Below are positions 12,111-25,500 of a stretch of 64,000 nt of DNA, piece after piece (positions within the stretch are counted from its first letter, which is position 1; each line of letters starts with the position of its first letter). The position numbers and the translations under genes are program-made. The notes under the pieces are model-generated. The model made no database searches. It saw only the letters and a list, made by a program, of their open reading frames with translations, and had not been told where the DNA came from. The stretch is from Amphiscolops sp. MND2022. Taxonomy: Eukaryota. Location of the stretch: the NCBI GenBank assembly GCA_964187785.1, contig OZ076409.1:97962001-98026000 (forward strand). The letters run 5' to 3'.

Positions 12111-13543
12111 TTTTTTTCCAGAGCGAAATAATTTTGAAAACAACTATTAGGGGAATAAATTTATTGCAATGACCTTCCAGTCCCACAATTATTGAAACAC
12201 TGACTGCACAGTCGGCCTGAAAAAAGTGCCTCCGAAGAAAAAAACCGACAATAGCAGACAAATATGATCTCTTTCTGAAGCCCAGTTTCTATAAATTAGA
12301 TTTCAAAAAAAATGTGATCAAGTGTAACACGCTTTTTCAAATCTAGAGAACGCTTTTCGTCGAATTTTCGTTGATCTCATTTGTTCCAAGCTACTGAATG
12401 GATATGAAACAAAGCTGAAACTTCTTTTCACTTCGAAATTTGAACGGGAAGTAGAACAACCTGAGCACAGTAGGAAATGTTGGCGAGAATGCCGTTTTAA
12501 TTGAAGTGTTACTAGTGCGTGTCTTGAAAAGTGCTTAAAATTGCAAAGAAATAATAGTTTTTGAGAAATTTGCAGCCAATAATTGCCCCCACGTCTCAGG
12601 AGGATGCTGGTATAAGTTGATTGCAAAACGTTTTCGATTTCAAATATAATCACGAATTTCTAAATACAATTCTTTTAGCCTATCTTGATACATGTACTGC
12701 AGTGCTCATAGACACAAAATATAGTGCATTTGTTCTGATTCAAAACAAATTCTCGATCAAAACAATTCAGTAGGTTCGGGAGATTATAGGGAGTCTCCGA
12801 ATGAAAAAATCCGAAAAAATATTCTATGCTACTCAATTTTCGAAAATACTCAAATTTCAGTTAAAATATTCTAAAATTTGCATTTTCTTATTTTCCAGCA
12901 TGGGTCATAAAAATATCAAACAAACATTTTTGTAAACTGATAAAATCCTAAGAAACTTTTGTAGCAGACAATTTTTGTATTCGTGACAGTTTACGAGATA
13001 TTTGTTTTGAATTCCGCCATTTAAAGCAATGAGGTTGCGACACTTTAGAACGCTACTGTACACTATGATGTCATGTAAAAAATCCGCGGCTTCCACCGTC
13101 AACAATCTTTCATCAAATTGAAATCTCAGATATGACAATAAGATCTGAATTCCTTCCCTAAGATGTGCATTTTTCTTTGTGGAACAACCTAACGAGAAAA
13201 ATGACGAGTGTCATACAAAACAATAAAAAAAATTAAATATTTTCTTTTCCAAAGATTCGAGAACGAAATAGACAGTTCAGAATGTGGAAAGAATTGTTGA
13301 AGTATTGGCTGTTTTACATGATACATAATCGTCCCCTTTAACCCTTTAATTGCGTTTTAATTCACGTATATTGTATACACTGCCTCTTTTCTGGAGGGTA
13401 ATTTATAAATTAGGAAAATGTATCACAAGTTTCATTGATCGTCGGAAATTATTTGGTTTCATGGTAAGCACCCGAGGGATTGTCAGATTTTTGACAGCCC
13501 TCGCTCATGAATTATACCACAGCCTCTTGAAATAGAAATGTGA

Positions 13544-13739
13544 GATCTTTTCTGTTAATTCCCCCAAGCAATTTAATTCCCCCAGTTAAGCGGTCAAGTG
13601 AAAGTATCATTGAATTAATAGTAACAACTAATCAAATTGCAGTATTTTACAACTCTAACTGCAACTGAAACTCATCGCTGATAGTGGTGGGGAATTAAAA
13701 TTTCCGCGCTTACTGTGGGGGGATTAACAGAAAAGATCC
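13544..13739. mobile_element. MITE with gatcttttctgttaat TIRs (copies ~28194-28398, ~48502-48696, partial ~48158-48270)
   Basis: gatcttttctgttaattcccc / ggggattaacagaaaagatc inverted termini with shared interior. Confidence 0.8.
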
Positions 13740-13856
13740 GAAAAACATTTCGAAGTCGCACAGTGCCGAAAAAGCTCAAAAGCGCCGACTAAAAAGGTCA
13801 GGCTTAAAACTAACTGACTTAAACTGGCAGTGAAAGTACGAAATGCAGTGATTTTT

Positions 13857-14483
13857 TAAACGGGAGAAAAAAAAAGAGAGAGAGAGAGAGAGGGGGGGGG
13901 GCGGATGAGATTTTGACTAACAGGAGAGCGAGTCAAGTCAGAAAAATTTAATTTCCTGCCGCCCCCTTTGCTACCCGAGTGATGGCTGGTGGTTCTCTTT
14001 CTGTTACTCATCTCAGAACAACTGAAAATCAATCGACCAACGGCAATTAACATCTCAATCCTCTACTTTTAACCAACTGGTTCCACAGCCGTCTTTTCAA
14101 ATCACAGTCGCGCCTGAATTGAAACATTCATTTTTAGTCGGCGCCTAAAGTCTTTTTTTTCTATCCGCACGAACTGACCAAAATAGTTCTTAAAAGTTCT
14201 ACCAAATATTATGGTGTCAAATTGCACCATTTGGCCTAGCGAACTGGGCCAAAAAGGTTTTCCCTGTTTTTCCGCGTAACATACCATACCGGGCAACACC
14301 AAAGGGTTCCACCTTTCAATTTTTTTCGGCACTGCGAGACTTTTTTTTCGAAAAAAATTTGTCCCCAAGGTTCCCCCCTGCATTTGTTCTGATGTTTTGC
14401 GACAGAATGGATGTTGAAAAACCTCAAAGAGTCACTATAATAGTCGCGTTTCACTTCATGAAGCGCCGACTAAAAAAGAGAGA

Positions 14484-14517
<34 letters not shown>

Positions 14518-14760
14518 AAAGGGATGAGATTTTGACTAACAGGAGAGCGAGTCAAGTCAGAAAAATTTAATTTCCTGCCGCCCCCTTTGCTACCCGAGTG
14601 ATGGCTGGTGGTTCTCTTTCTGTTACTCATCTCAGAACAACTGAAAATCAATCGACCAATGGCAATTAACATCTCAATCCTCTCACATTTAACCAACTGG
14701 TTCCACAGCCATCTTTCTTCTCAAATCGCAGTCGCTCCTGAATTGAAACATTCATTTTTA
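13857..14760. repeat. Direct duplication of a ~285-bp (GA)n-headed segment (~13865-14140 and ~14472-14762), separated by a HINE fragment
   Basis: gatgagattttgactaacaggagagcgagtcaagtcag...tgaattgaaacattcatttttagtcggcgc occurs twice. Confidence 0.9.
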
Positions 14761-16415
14761 GTCGGCGCTTCTCTAGAGAAAAGAGTCGACTATAGTCATG
14801 GCTTTTCGTCAGTGTTTTTTTTCAAGACCACCTGAACTGACCAAAATAGTTCAAAATTTCCAATTTCACCTGTCGGCCCAGGTAACAGAACCAAAAAGTT
14901 TCCCGCATAATATACAATGCCGGACGAGACCAAAGGGTCCCCCTTTCAGTTTTTTTCGGCATTGCGAGACTTTTTTTCGGAAAAAAAATTCCCCAAAGGG
15001 TCCCCCCTTCAATTCGGGTCGGGTTTTGCGACAGTGCAACTTACCGAAGGAAAAAATCAACAAAACTGCAGTTTGAGGTTTTCTGGAAAATAAAATTGTT
15101 TGCAGAGTCTTGAAAGTGACCTCTTTGTTTCGTTTTGATCCTGTGGAACTGTTGAGTATACTTAAGGATTGTGAAAAAGTTTCATTTTCCGTTTTTGTTA
15201 GAATTTCAAAACGGGAGACTTCCTTTGAACAGGAGACTTCCTGGCTTAAAACTTGAATATTGATTGGAACCATGGAAGTTGTGGAACAATTGATTATTAG
15301 CTTCTTCGAAAGGACTTTACGAGCAACACATTCCTTCCTCACTAAGTTCTTGCAAGGAAAGTGTTTCCTTGAACATTTCTGTAAGAAGGATTACAGTTAC
15401 TTGTAAGATTCTTGCAAAGAATACATTTGCTTGCAAGTAGAGCCTAGATCAGTAAACCGATTAACAGGTTTAAAAATTGTTAACCAGTTGAAAAACTAAC
15501 AATTAACAGAAAAAGACGCCCAAATTCGGACTTGAACCATGCCAACTACAGCGGATGCCTTACACATGGTTAAAAACAAAAGTCCGTTTTCCATGGGAAC
15601 TATAAATGCTAGTGTTTTAAAGTGAATCAGAGAGGTTTTCTAGGCGAAAGCGTTTCGGTTCAATTCATTTATTGATATTCTTTCACACAAAATAATGGAT
15701 GAATATTGACTTATATTATCCTCGACAGTACACCGAGAAGTTGAAAAAGTGACAAAAAAGAGGAAAAAATTTTTCAAAGCCTAATTTCTCCACGAATAAT
15801 AGCGACAGCTCAAATGACACTCGAACTTTTCGCTGAAGCTTCATTAAAAAAACTTCTATATGCGTTTTCAATGGTGGCAAACTGTGTTACTAGAGGGTGA
15901 CAGTAACTTAGCAAACAGTTGCTGTGTTATTGAGAAAAATATAATTTTCTGAAAAGTATTTTTTGCAAATTTTCACTTTTTTCTAGTTACCTTTTTGCCG
16001 GTGGTTCGGAAAACAAACTCTATTGACACAAATAACAACTCGCTCCAATAGATTGTTGATTAGAAAAACAAAACTTCGTTTTCCTATAAGCTTTTCGCGT
16101 TTCGTAATATTTTATTGATTGTGAAAAAAATCGCTGTCCTCATTTGGGAACAAAAGCACTGTCGAGGTTATAAAGAGAATAATTCATTCTTTTCACCATT
16201 TCGTTTCTTCTCTTCAGAATTCTGTGCCGTTCTGCTTTTTGTTGCGTTTTTCATTTTCGCGATTTTTTTGTCCAATCATGTTTGAGAATACTATTCCTTC
16301 TGAATATCATCATCCAAAAATAATACAAGTCATGATGAATATCACAACTAGTTACCAGTGCTCTTTGATAAAGAAGTTCAGCACTTTCGGTCATGTTTTT
16401 TCGGTTCAATTTCAC

Positions 16416-16903
16416 AACAAGCCGGGAACGGCCAAAGTCAGCGCTATATCTAAGGCTCAAAATTGTAAAAGAGGGGACCCTTTGGGCTTTGTGAAACTCC
16501 AGTTGGTTGCAAAATTTCAAAAAATTGAAGGGGGGACCTTTTGAAACCATTGAAGGGGGGACCCTTTGGGATTTTTTGACATCCATTGTTGCAAAATATT
16601 TAAAAAATTTAAGGGGAGACCCTTTGGTGGAATCCAAAAAGCTTCAAAAAAAGACGCATAGTGCCGAAAAAAAATCCGAGTGAAAAACACCAAAGGGGGG
16701 ATCCTATGTTATTGAGGTTCTGGACGTCGATGTTTTTGTTTTGGACGAGGTTCTGGCGTTTCGAGTAGTTCCTGTTTTGGAGGTCCGTAGTTAAAGTTGA
16801 TGTTGAACAAATGAACAAAAAAGTGGACCGATCGCGTTGAACTGACGAAAAAAAACTAGCCACTGTAAGAGTCGGGATTTTCTTCGAAAACGCCGACTAA
16901 AAA
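16416..16903 (-). mobile_element. HINE family A copy
   Basis: aacaagccgggaacggccaaagtcagcgc ... cactgtaagagtcggg...cgccgactaaaaa. Confidence 0.8.
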
Positions 16904-17546
16904 CCTAAGAGCTTAATTTAAATTTGATGAAAATTCGTTCGAAATGTTCTTATACCAAATAAGCTTATCCAAAATCTTTCTAATTTGGTAATTGAAATAT
17001 CGGTTAGCGATTATTCGGTTAAGCCAAATTCTTAACTGGTCCAGGCTTCTTTATGAATATTCACCATTAAATTGGCCTGTTTGATTCATTACTAACTATT
17101 GTAAGGAAATAAAAACCCAACCGAATTGAGTAATTAGCAAAACATTAGTTTAGGCCGAAAATTCGGAAGGTTGGAAATGCAGTAGGTTGAAATTACATAG
17201 GGCGAAATGACGTCATGTAACCGCGCTCCGAAAATCAAAAAATATGCTCGGCGCCAGTGGCTGCCGCAGGAGAACTCCCAGCCATTACAGATTTCATCTT
17301 AGCCAAAAACAAAGAATCAGGTACGAAGTATCACGTACTAAATTGTACGAAGCAAGTCTACGTAACCAAGTTTTGCTGAATCATTGCCTTCTGAATTAAG
17401 CCGAAAGACGAACCACTGCATGAACCTAGTTTTCAAAGGTGAGCCATATCTCAGAGATATTCTCTCTCGAATATCACGAACCAATCACATGGACGTAAAC
17501 CATGCAGTGCCACTGTACCTCGTGTTTCTGCTATCGAAGTCATCAA

Positions 17547-18450
17547 CAGGGCCCGGAGAATAGTTTTGGCACCTATTTTCACCTAATAGTAGCTGAAATG
17601 GCTATTTCCGTTTTCACCACTTATTTTGCAGCGTTGCTTATCTCAGAAATAGTCCAACCATTTGAAGCCATTCCAAATCATTGTGCGGAGCATTTCTCAG
17701 AAATAGCAGTAGCAATCAATAATCAATACCAAAAGATAAAGCAACGCCACAGTACCGTGCCAAGGCATATTCAAAGGAATTTAAATTTAAACTCTTTGAT
17801 TTTTTTGTAGCATTATGTACTCCTGAAATACATAATTCAAATACAAAATTTGAATAATCTACCCGATTTTAGCACCTATTCAGCACTTATTTTTGGTATT
17901 TTTTAGCACCTTTTCACCACCTATTTTATCGATTTTTTACCACCTAAAATGGGTACTTTCCTAATAGACCGGACAATTGAAAAAACATTCCTAATAGACC
18001 GGACGCACTATATAGAGACCGGACAGTCAGTTTATTGACTTAAATTACTCGGTTTGTAAACATTATATTGACTCAATTTACGCAACACGGAAATATCATA
18101 ATGTGGGCCATATGCGGTGTATGCACGCTCGCCCTCATCGTCGCAAAGACCAGCTCCCACTACGATCGCTTCGCGATCTCCGTTCCCGCTAGGTCTTTGC
18201 TCCTGTTCAACCTCGCTTAGCAAGATGGGAATATAAGCGGCCCCAAGGGGCCGCAGGGCACTAGAGGAAATGGGGACATATCCGAGGGGGTACTTGATCT
18301 ACCGGACAACCTACTTAGCACACTTAAACATCTATGTAAATAAAAACTTAGCTTAGGGGCGTCCGGTCTATTGGGATTGGTTTTATAGCGCGTCCGGCTA
18401 GCAAATAATTGTCCGGTCTATTAGGAAAGTACCCTAAAATGCGGGCCCTG
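17547..18450. mobile_element. hAT-like MITE containing a nested MITE
   Basis: cagggcccg / cgggccctg termini; 8-bp TSD gtcatcaa / gccatcaa. Confidence 0.7.
17952..18433. mobile_element. Merlin-like MITE
   Basis: Perfect 27-bp TIR ggtactttcctaatagaccggacaatt; flanking direct repeat ctaaaatg (8 bp). GG termini with 8-9 bp TSD fit Merlin. Confidence 0.7.
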
Positions 18451-18973
18451 GCCATCAAATCACGCGAGGTACGTGGCAAAACCTTGAAACACGAGGGGTC
18501 ATTAAAAAATGTCTATGGACTACCGCCATGCTCAATTTATTGTAGCGCCTAGTACAAAACTTTAAGGCATTATTCCCGATTCCCGAAACGCTCCCAGACG
18601 TTGTTACTTTAGACGATGCTCGCGCTCCTAGAAACACGATATGCGTGGAAAAGTATCAACCTTCCCAAAAGCGTGTCATTAGCTACGTCATTAGGGACAA
18701 AAAAGCGAGTAGACATCAAATTTGTAAATTATCAACTCTGGCCTGCAGCAGACATTTACTAACGATAACTTAAATAATTAATAAGTATAACTGCATTTAA
18801 TAACTCCGCTGCTTTTAGACAGCGCAGTTATGATAATTAAGAGCATTAGAAGGAAGAAAGGATCACTGAGTGAAAAAGCGGTTTTTCTTCTCCTCCAGAC
18901 AAAATAGCACAGATTCATAACTAGCAGCACAACATCAAGACACAAAACATGTAGTATTGCAAATCTCGTTTAC

Positions 18974-18995
18974 CTTCTCAACTGAGCGCCTCCTT
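18974..18995 (-). CDS. Candidate 22-nt microexon (phase 2 to 0; RRRSVEK)
   Basis: gtaccttctAG|A AGG AGG CGC TCA GTT GAG AAG|GTaaac; phase bridges the 29789 donor (phase 2) and the 9837 acceptor (phase 0). Confidence 0.4.
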
Positions 18996-19014
18996 CTAGA
19001 AGGTACATGGATTC

Positions 19015-19372
19015 CAGGGTTTTGAAATCGCTACTTTTTCGCTTATCGCTAAACCGCTAATTTCAAATTCGCTATGTCGCTGAAAAAGCTTTTCCCCAAA
19101 CTATTGGATGTATGACTTAAATTGTTTTGAAATTAAATACCTTAATTTAGGTTTTGCCAAAAAGAGTGGAATTTTCTATACTGGGTGGGTTTCACAAAGA
19201 TAAAAGTTGAAATTTTCTAAATTCTTTCTGAAACTCCGTGTAAGATTTTTATGGAATTTTAATTTGGACAATCTATTAGTTGCCGCATATTTGAATCGCA
19301 AATGAAATCGCTGAAAAATTCCCATACAGCCGCTAATTTGCTAAATCGCTAATTAGCGGTGTCAAAATTCTG
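19015..19372. mobile_element. hAT-like MITE
   Basis: cagggttttga / tcaaaattctg termini; perfect 8-bp TSD atggattc. Confidence 0.85.
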
Positions 19373-19782
19373 ATGGATTCCCACTTAGCATGAGAGCGAA
19401 TAACAGAAACGAAATCAGTTTCACTTAACATCAATTTCATTTCTCTCAATCGAAACGAATCTGGTTGGCTAAAGCTCACCATTGTACAAATTCGATCAAG
19501 TTACTATAACGTAATCTTAACCACGACCGGAAAATAGCAGCGTCCTCCTACATCTAGTGCTTCAAATGTAGGAGCGAAGCCAAGCGGAGCGACGTGCCAC
19601 TACTGTTCTAGCGGCTGGTTTTCACGAAGGCTGACGACCTGGAGTCATACAACCGAAAGCAGGAAGGCCGAGTCGCACAAGTTTTTCCTGTAGAAATAAT
19701 AAATTTAGGAAAAATGAAACTGATTTCATTTTCATGTTATTTGCTCTTATGCTATTTGGTACGTAATCCTTCTGTAAGTAGC

Positions 19783-20233
19783 CAGGGGTGCAAAATACAC
19801 ATTCAACTTTGTTTATCTTGATATTGATACAACAGCGTTTGCACAATTAAACTAAAAACATTTTTTCCGGGGAAAACCTGAGGCGTTTTTGCTAATTTTC
19901 GGAAAGCACTTTGGTGATTTTTTCGCACAAGACAAGGCCTTGTTAAAAAAGGGTATGGGGTTGTCCTTCTTTGGGGTTGAGGACTTTTGAAAAAACTGAA
20001 TTTTTGCCAAAAAGTATGCCAGAAACAGATTATTCCCAGTTTTGGAGACAGATTCGCTTTTGTGCCATTCAAATCAAACACGTTACCAACAAATTGTTGA
20101 AATAAAACAGTGCTAGAGAATGTGGGCTGACATATTCTGACAAAACGGATCAGAAGTTGAAAAAAGGTGGGCTGTTTTAAAGTACCGCTTTGTTAATTAG
20201 GGTGAAACACGATTGAAGAGTTTTGCACCCCTG
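19783..20233. mobile_element. hAT-like MITE
   Basis: caggggtgcaaaa / ttttgcacccctg; TSD taagtagc vs taaaaagtagc (A-run expanded). Confidence 0.75.
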
Positions 20234-20517
20234 TAAAAAGTAGCAATTGTTCGAGAAACGTGCACGCAAAGTGATAACAGCTGTGATTTCCATTCAAGAC
20301 TGGCGCAAAAATGAGAGAAACAGGATATTGACAAACTGCGCGAAGGATATCCAAGATATTACATTGAGACATGGACAGAAAAATCCTTTCTGGTAATTTT
20401 TCTTCTCATCGGCAGAATTGCACTAATTAGGAATTATTGAAATGAAATGGTTCAATCATAAGTCAGTTGTTTAAGAATATTGTAATTTTTTGTTTGATGT
20501 TTAAAATTGGTTTAACC

Positions 20518-21006
20518 CAGAGGTGTGACTCGCTATCAAAAAATCGCTACTCGCCATTGCCGCTAATTTGCTTATCGCTACCGCTATGATTTTTCCGATC
20601 GCTACCGCTAACGCTAATATGAAAAATGATAACGATGAAATCTCAAGTTAATCAGTTTGATTATACTTAATCATCATTATATTCTAAAAAATTCTTAGGA
20701 CTTAGCCGACTCCTTTTGGCAGTTTTCAAAACGCATGTGACAGAAAAAAGGCGTTCCACTGCAGCACTTGTTGCGACAGAGGCCAAAACCGTTTGAATGA
20801 GGTCTGCGAACGTATTCGTTTCTCGGGTTCCCGGTGATGCTCCAAAGTCACGTAAATGGACAAAGGCCATGAATTGAGACCATAATGGTTGAATTGAATT
20901 ATACCAAAGCTATCTCCCGCTATTGAAATTTCAATGAGCTAATAGCGATCTCTATCATTGGGCAATCAAATTCAGCTAATAGCTAATTCAGCATATCACA
21001 CCTCTG
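20518..21006 (-). mobile_element. Internally deleted hAT element retaining the C-terminal dimerisation-domain fragment (relatives ~38080-38520 and ~61850-62250)
   Basis: cagaggtgtga / tcacacctctg TIRs; TSD gtttaacc / gtttcacc; VATSAAVERLFSVTCVLKTAKRSRLSPKN. The 38.3-kb copy reads LPSSASDERLFSVAGNVQHPRRTRL. Confidence 0.85.
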
Positions 21007-22094
21007 GTTTCACCATAATGGTTAAAACAAAGTAACACAATCATTACGGTGTGTATTTTATAAAACTTTAGTTTGAAATCATTCATCACGTTGTAATTTT
21101 ACCGGGATTGAAAACCAAAAAAACGAGGCCAACTTCGTGTGATAAGTGATAACAAAAATGCCAGGAAAAATAAATTTACAAAAAAATCTTTTTTGGTGCT
21201 TTTCATTATGACGTTCCGATGAAAAGTTTCATGCAATCTGCCTTTTTAAAGCATTTGAGTTGAGGTGAAAACTAACCAACATTACGACGCATATCCCTAC
21301 ACTTTTTGAAAACTGCGGAATTGACTGCTAACCGCAGGTAGCACCTACCAGACCTGGAATCCGCTGTTTAAAATGACGGATTTCAAAGACACACTTTATA
21401 ACATGTGCAGCGGATTCCGCTTGCAATGTTTTCTGGATTCCGGGGACAAATCTCTTTACATTGTGTTTTTGGTGGCCTTATCGTCAACTGAAATCGCGAG
21501 AAATTATACACTGCGGTATTTGTCCCTGAATTCCACGCGGCGACTTTCGCTCTTTGCGGTTGGCATGTTTTAAAGCTTGGCCCAGGATTCCACTGCTCAA
21601 ACGGCTCAACTTTGAGCTGCACAAAAAGTGTAGGGTTATGCGTCGTAATGAATTATCTAAACACTAACACACAAAATAACGAATCTCAAATATTTAATAA
21701 ACAGTCATTACAAAAATTATTGCAAAATAGCCAACATAAATTGAAGTGTTATTATTAGCACCAAAACTTTGAAAATTGCATGCGAATGCAAATCAACATA
21801 TTCAAGTATTCTATTCATTTGAGAAAAGGCTCCAATGAAAAATTTCTCAAACCTTTGAAATACCTGGTACCAAAAAGCACAAAAGCGTGTTTTTGACAAT
21901 TCACAGTTTGAAAAAATTCCCAACTTCTGCGAAAAAACATGAAAACAAGGGCATTCTATTAACTAACCACTTTGTATTTTTTTTCGCTACAAGCAAAAAA
22001 ATAGATAGATTTCGAATGAATCGGAGAGCCTTGGAGTTTTTTCTACAAAAAAAGAGGAAAAATATTGCATACTGAATGATCTTTAGGGTGTAAC

Positions 22095-22586
22095 CAGGGT
22101 TGTTGTTAAAAACGTTCTTTTCAATTAAAAAAAAACGTTTTTTTAATGTTAAAAACGTTTTAAACAGTTTTAAAAGACTTTGTTGTAAATTCCTTGAATT
22201 TCCAATACAAAGAAATTCAGTATTAAAAAATATCGGAAATTTTTTTAAAAAGAATCATTGAGAGCATCATAGCTACTATTCAGTAAGCGATAAGAAAGTG
22301 CAAGTTTTGACACTTTATCTGGATTGAGGCGATTTCTGAGGTCCGAATGTATCAACCCCATTGTTGAAAACATCCTTTCGAGCCCTCCTGTACTTGAAAA
22401 GAACGCATCTAGGTTGAGCACAAGATCTAGTAATTCAATACAAATTGTAGTTTTGTATGTGCTCGAATCTTATTGGCTAAGAAAAAACACATTGTTTTAT
22501 TTAAATACTGCACATTGTTTTATTTAAATACTGAGTCTGTTTTAAAACGTTTAAAACAATCCCTGTTTTTAAACTTAACAACCCTG
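22095..22586. mobile_element. hAT-like MITE
   Basis: cagggttgtt / aacaaccctg; perfect TSD ggtgtaac. Confidence 0.85.
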
Positions 22587-25500
22587 GGTGTAACAATCAT
22601 GGAATCTATGGAAAACAAAACATAGATACACTACAACATCTATCAACAAAAAGATCAAGACACAGTTTGAGAATCTGAGTTGATTGTTGAAAGGAGCCGA
22701 GAACGCTAAGTTGAGACGGACACGTTGAAGGCTCGGATAGAAGAAACCAGTTGAAGATACCAACGATGATCAACTAAACTGAAGAGGTCAACGTTCGAAA
22801 ATGAGATCAGCACTTTAGACTTGTTGAAATGGCGGCAATTGACATACTCCAAGGTAATGCTACGTTGGCACACTGAAACAAGCGTTGGATGAATATGAGT
22901 ACGAAAGTGAACCACAAAAGGACCGATCTCAAGGCGTAACAAAAGGCTACATGACATTTCGTCCTATGCTACAGTGCTGTGATAAAAGAATGGAACGCCT
23001 GATTGGTAATAATGTTTGGAACAACTGATTTTTCTGCCCATATCTCCTAAACTATTAATATTCGAGAAACTCCCCTGATAGAAGTTTCTCAAAATTTAAT
23101 CTAGTTTACATTCGTGTTTGTTTGAGAAACTTCTATGACAAATATTGGGGAAATTAGGTCTCAATACCTCTCTATGTAATATTTGATTTGCAAAACAAGT
23201 TTTTAATTTTTGACTAATTCACAAACATTTGTGATTAATTTTTGTTTATCTACCTGTTCATCGCTAACCACTGATTGCACTGTCAAACTTTGAGGCACTT
23301 AGTATTTACACGTCCGAAGAAAATCGATAATCTCCACTGAAATTATTCGGGTCCATGTATTAAGATTGGATATAGATTTAGGACTTATAAATTGGTGATG
23401 ATCTTTTTACATGTACACTCTAGGGTACCAAAACTTAGTGTAATTAGTGAACGATTGGCACCTTGCACAATATGAAAAAGTAAATAATGAACAGTTTCCG
23501 CTCCTTATTGAGACTCTGCAACTCAATTTTCTAAGTTCTATATGTAAAAAGTTTTATTTGCTAACTTGTCGTATTAAAACCGTATTAGTTTTAAGGCTTC
23601 CAAAATTAGACGAATGTAAACTAGACAAAATTCCGAGAAACTTTTGTTTCTATCATATTCTAGAAAATGTGACTATTTTCGAGAAATTCGCAAACTCATT
23701 AGGCGTTCCAAACTTCATTACCAAACAGAGGTTCCATTCTTTTATCACACGACTGTATTTCAACCCATGCAATTTCAACCGTCGCCATTTCAACCGTTGA
23801 CAGTTTCAACCTTCTGCAATTTCGATCTATACTAATTTAGGCTAATTACTCCTAATTCGGTTGAGTTATTATTTTAGTACAATAGTTAGTAATAAACCAA
23901 TGAGCTCTAATTATTGGTAATTATTCGTGAAGAAGCAGAAACGTATCAAAACTGGCGTAAAAATTAGCACATTTGAATTTAGAAATCTATGAAAATGAAA
24001 AGCATGACTGGCTTCCACTTTTCTCTAATTGCGCGCAATGACCACAATCCGCAATATCTGATTACACTGTGCATCAAAATTCGCGATGAACACATTGCAC
24101 TGTTTGACTAGAATACGGTTCGTTCTCGTTTTACGGAAAATACACTTTACACTTGATGATAAATTCCACTTTTGCGGCATTTGTATCGTAATGAGGCCGA
24201 AACTGCAGAATGTTGAAAATACAATAGGTTGAAAGTGTGAGCGGTTGAAATGGCAACGGTTGAAATTGCATAGGATGAAATGTCCTGACACCGTAACAAA
24301 AAGGTCGATTGTTGAAGCGTAACAAAATGACCTCATCAGCTACAGAGACACAACTATAGTGCCTGACGTGAAGAAGCGAAGCGACGTGCCACCACTTGAC
24401 AAACACGTTACTCAACCAGTCAGTACTTAACGTTTGGCTGGTTTTGACGAAGGCTGACCTAGGGGCGAAAAGCGCCCCGGAAGGAGGAAGGCAGAGTCAT
24501 GCAACCAATATTTTAAGTCAGTTCAATGATGCTTTCCAATTTGGTAATTTCATGACGTTTTCGAAATAGGCCCTTTTGTTATGTTGAAAACTGGTCATTG
24601 TGAGATGATTTCGAACCGATCACTAGAATTGAATCAACAACAATAAGCAAGGAATGACCTTTTTTCCGCGCAAAAGCATTTTCATTTCAAAATGAGGAGA
24701 CTCTTGTATATAACTAACATGAGTGTGCCAACAAAATCCAGAAAAATGGACATTTAATGACATGCGTCAACTGGAACATGAAAAACGTTTTTCCTCTTCT
24801 TTTTTTTCGAAAAGTCGCATAGTGCCGAAAAAACTTAAGGGGCTCCTCTACGCTCGCAAAACGGTTTGTTTCTGCTAGAAATCAAAGGGGGTACTTCGGT
24901 TGAAAAAACTTCAGAGTGACTGACGAGAAACTTGGCTCCGTAGGAGTCTTGCACATTTTACTAGCAAGAAGTGCCGAATGAAAACTGAACAACTCTGCAC
25001 TGTAGAAGGTTTGTACATGTTTAGAACTCTTCGACCGAAATTATTACAAGATTCTTATTCCACTATTTGGGCTCCCAAGTCGAGGTTATTCTAAGTTAGA
25101 AAATTCAATTTTAGCGTACAATGAATGAAATCTGACAGTGATAAAACATGCAGAATTTGACAGTTCAAACAAAATGATAGTTGACCTTTCGGGCTTGGGA
25201 GCCCTAAATGTGAATTGGGAATCTCAGAATAATTTCCGCTGGTAGGTCTAAACGTGATTTAGCACCTATTCCATTACTGCTGAGGACTTTTTTCCAAACA
25301 TTAAGTCGGCGCCCCGTTCAAACAGAGCAAAGTGTGTTAAATATGCAAAGAAACACTATTTTGAAAACAAAATCATCAAACTTAGTGCCAAAAATAAGCG
25401 AAGGAATTCCAAAAACATTAAAATTGCTTTCACTTAAACTCGAAGAAATCCAAAACATTGGGAAAAATTTTCGAAACATTTCTTTCTTGAAAATGTCTCA

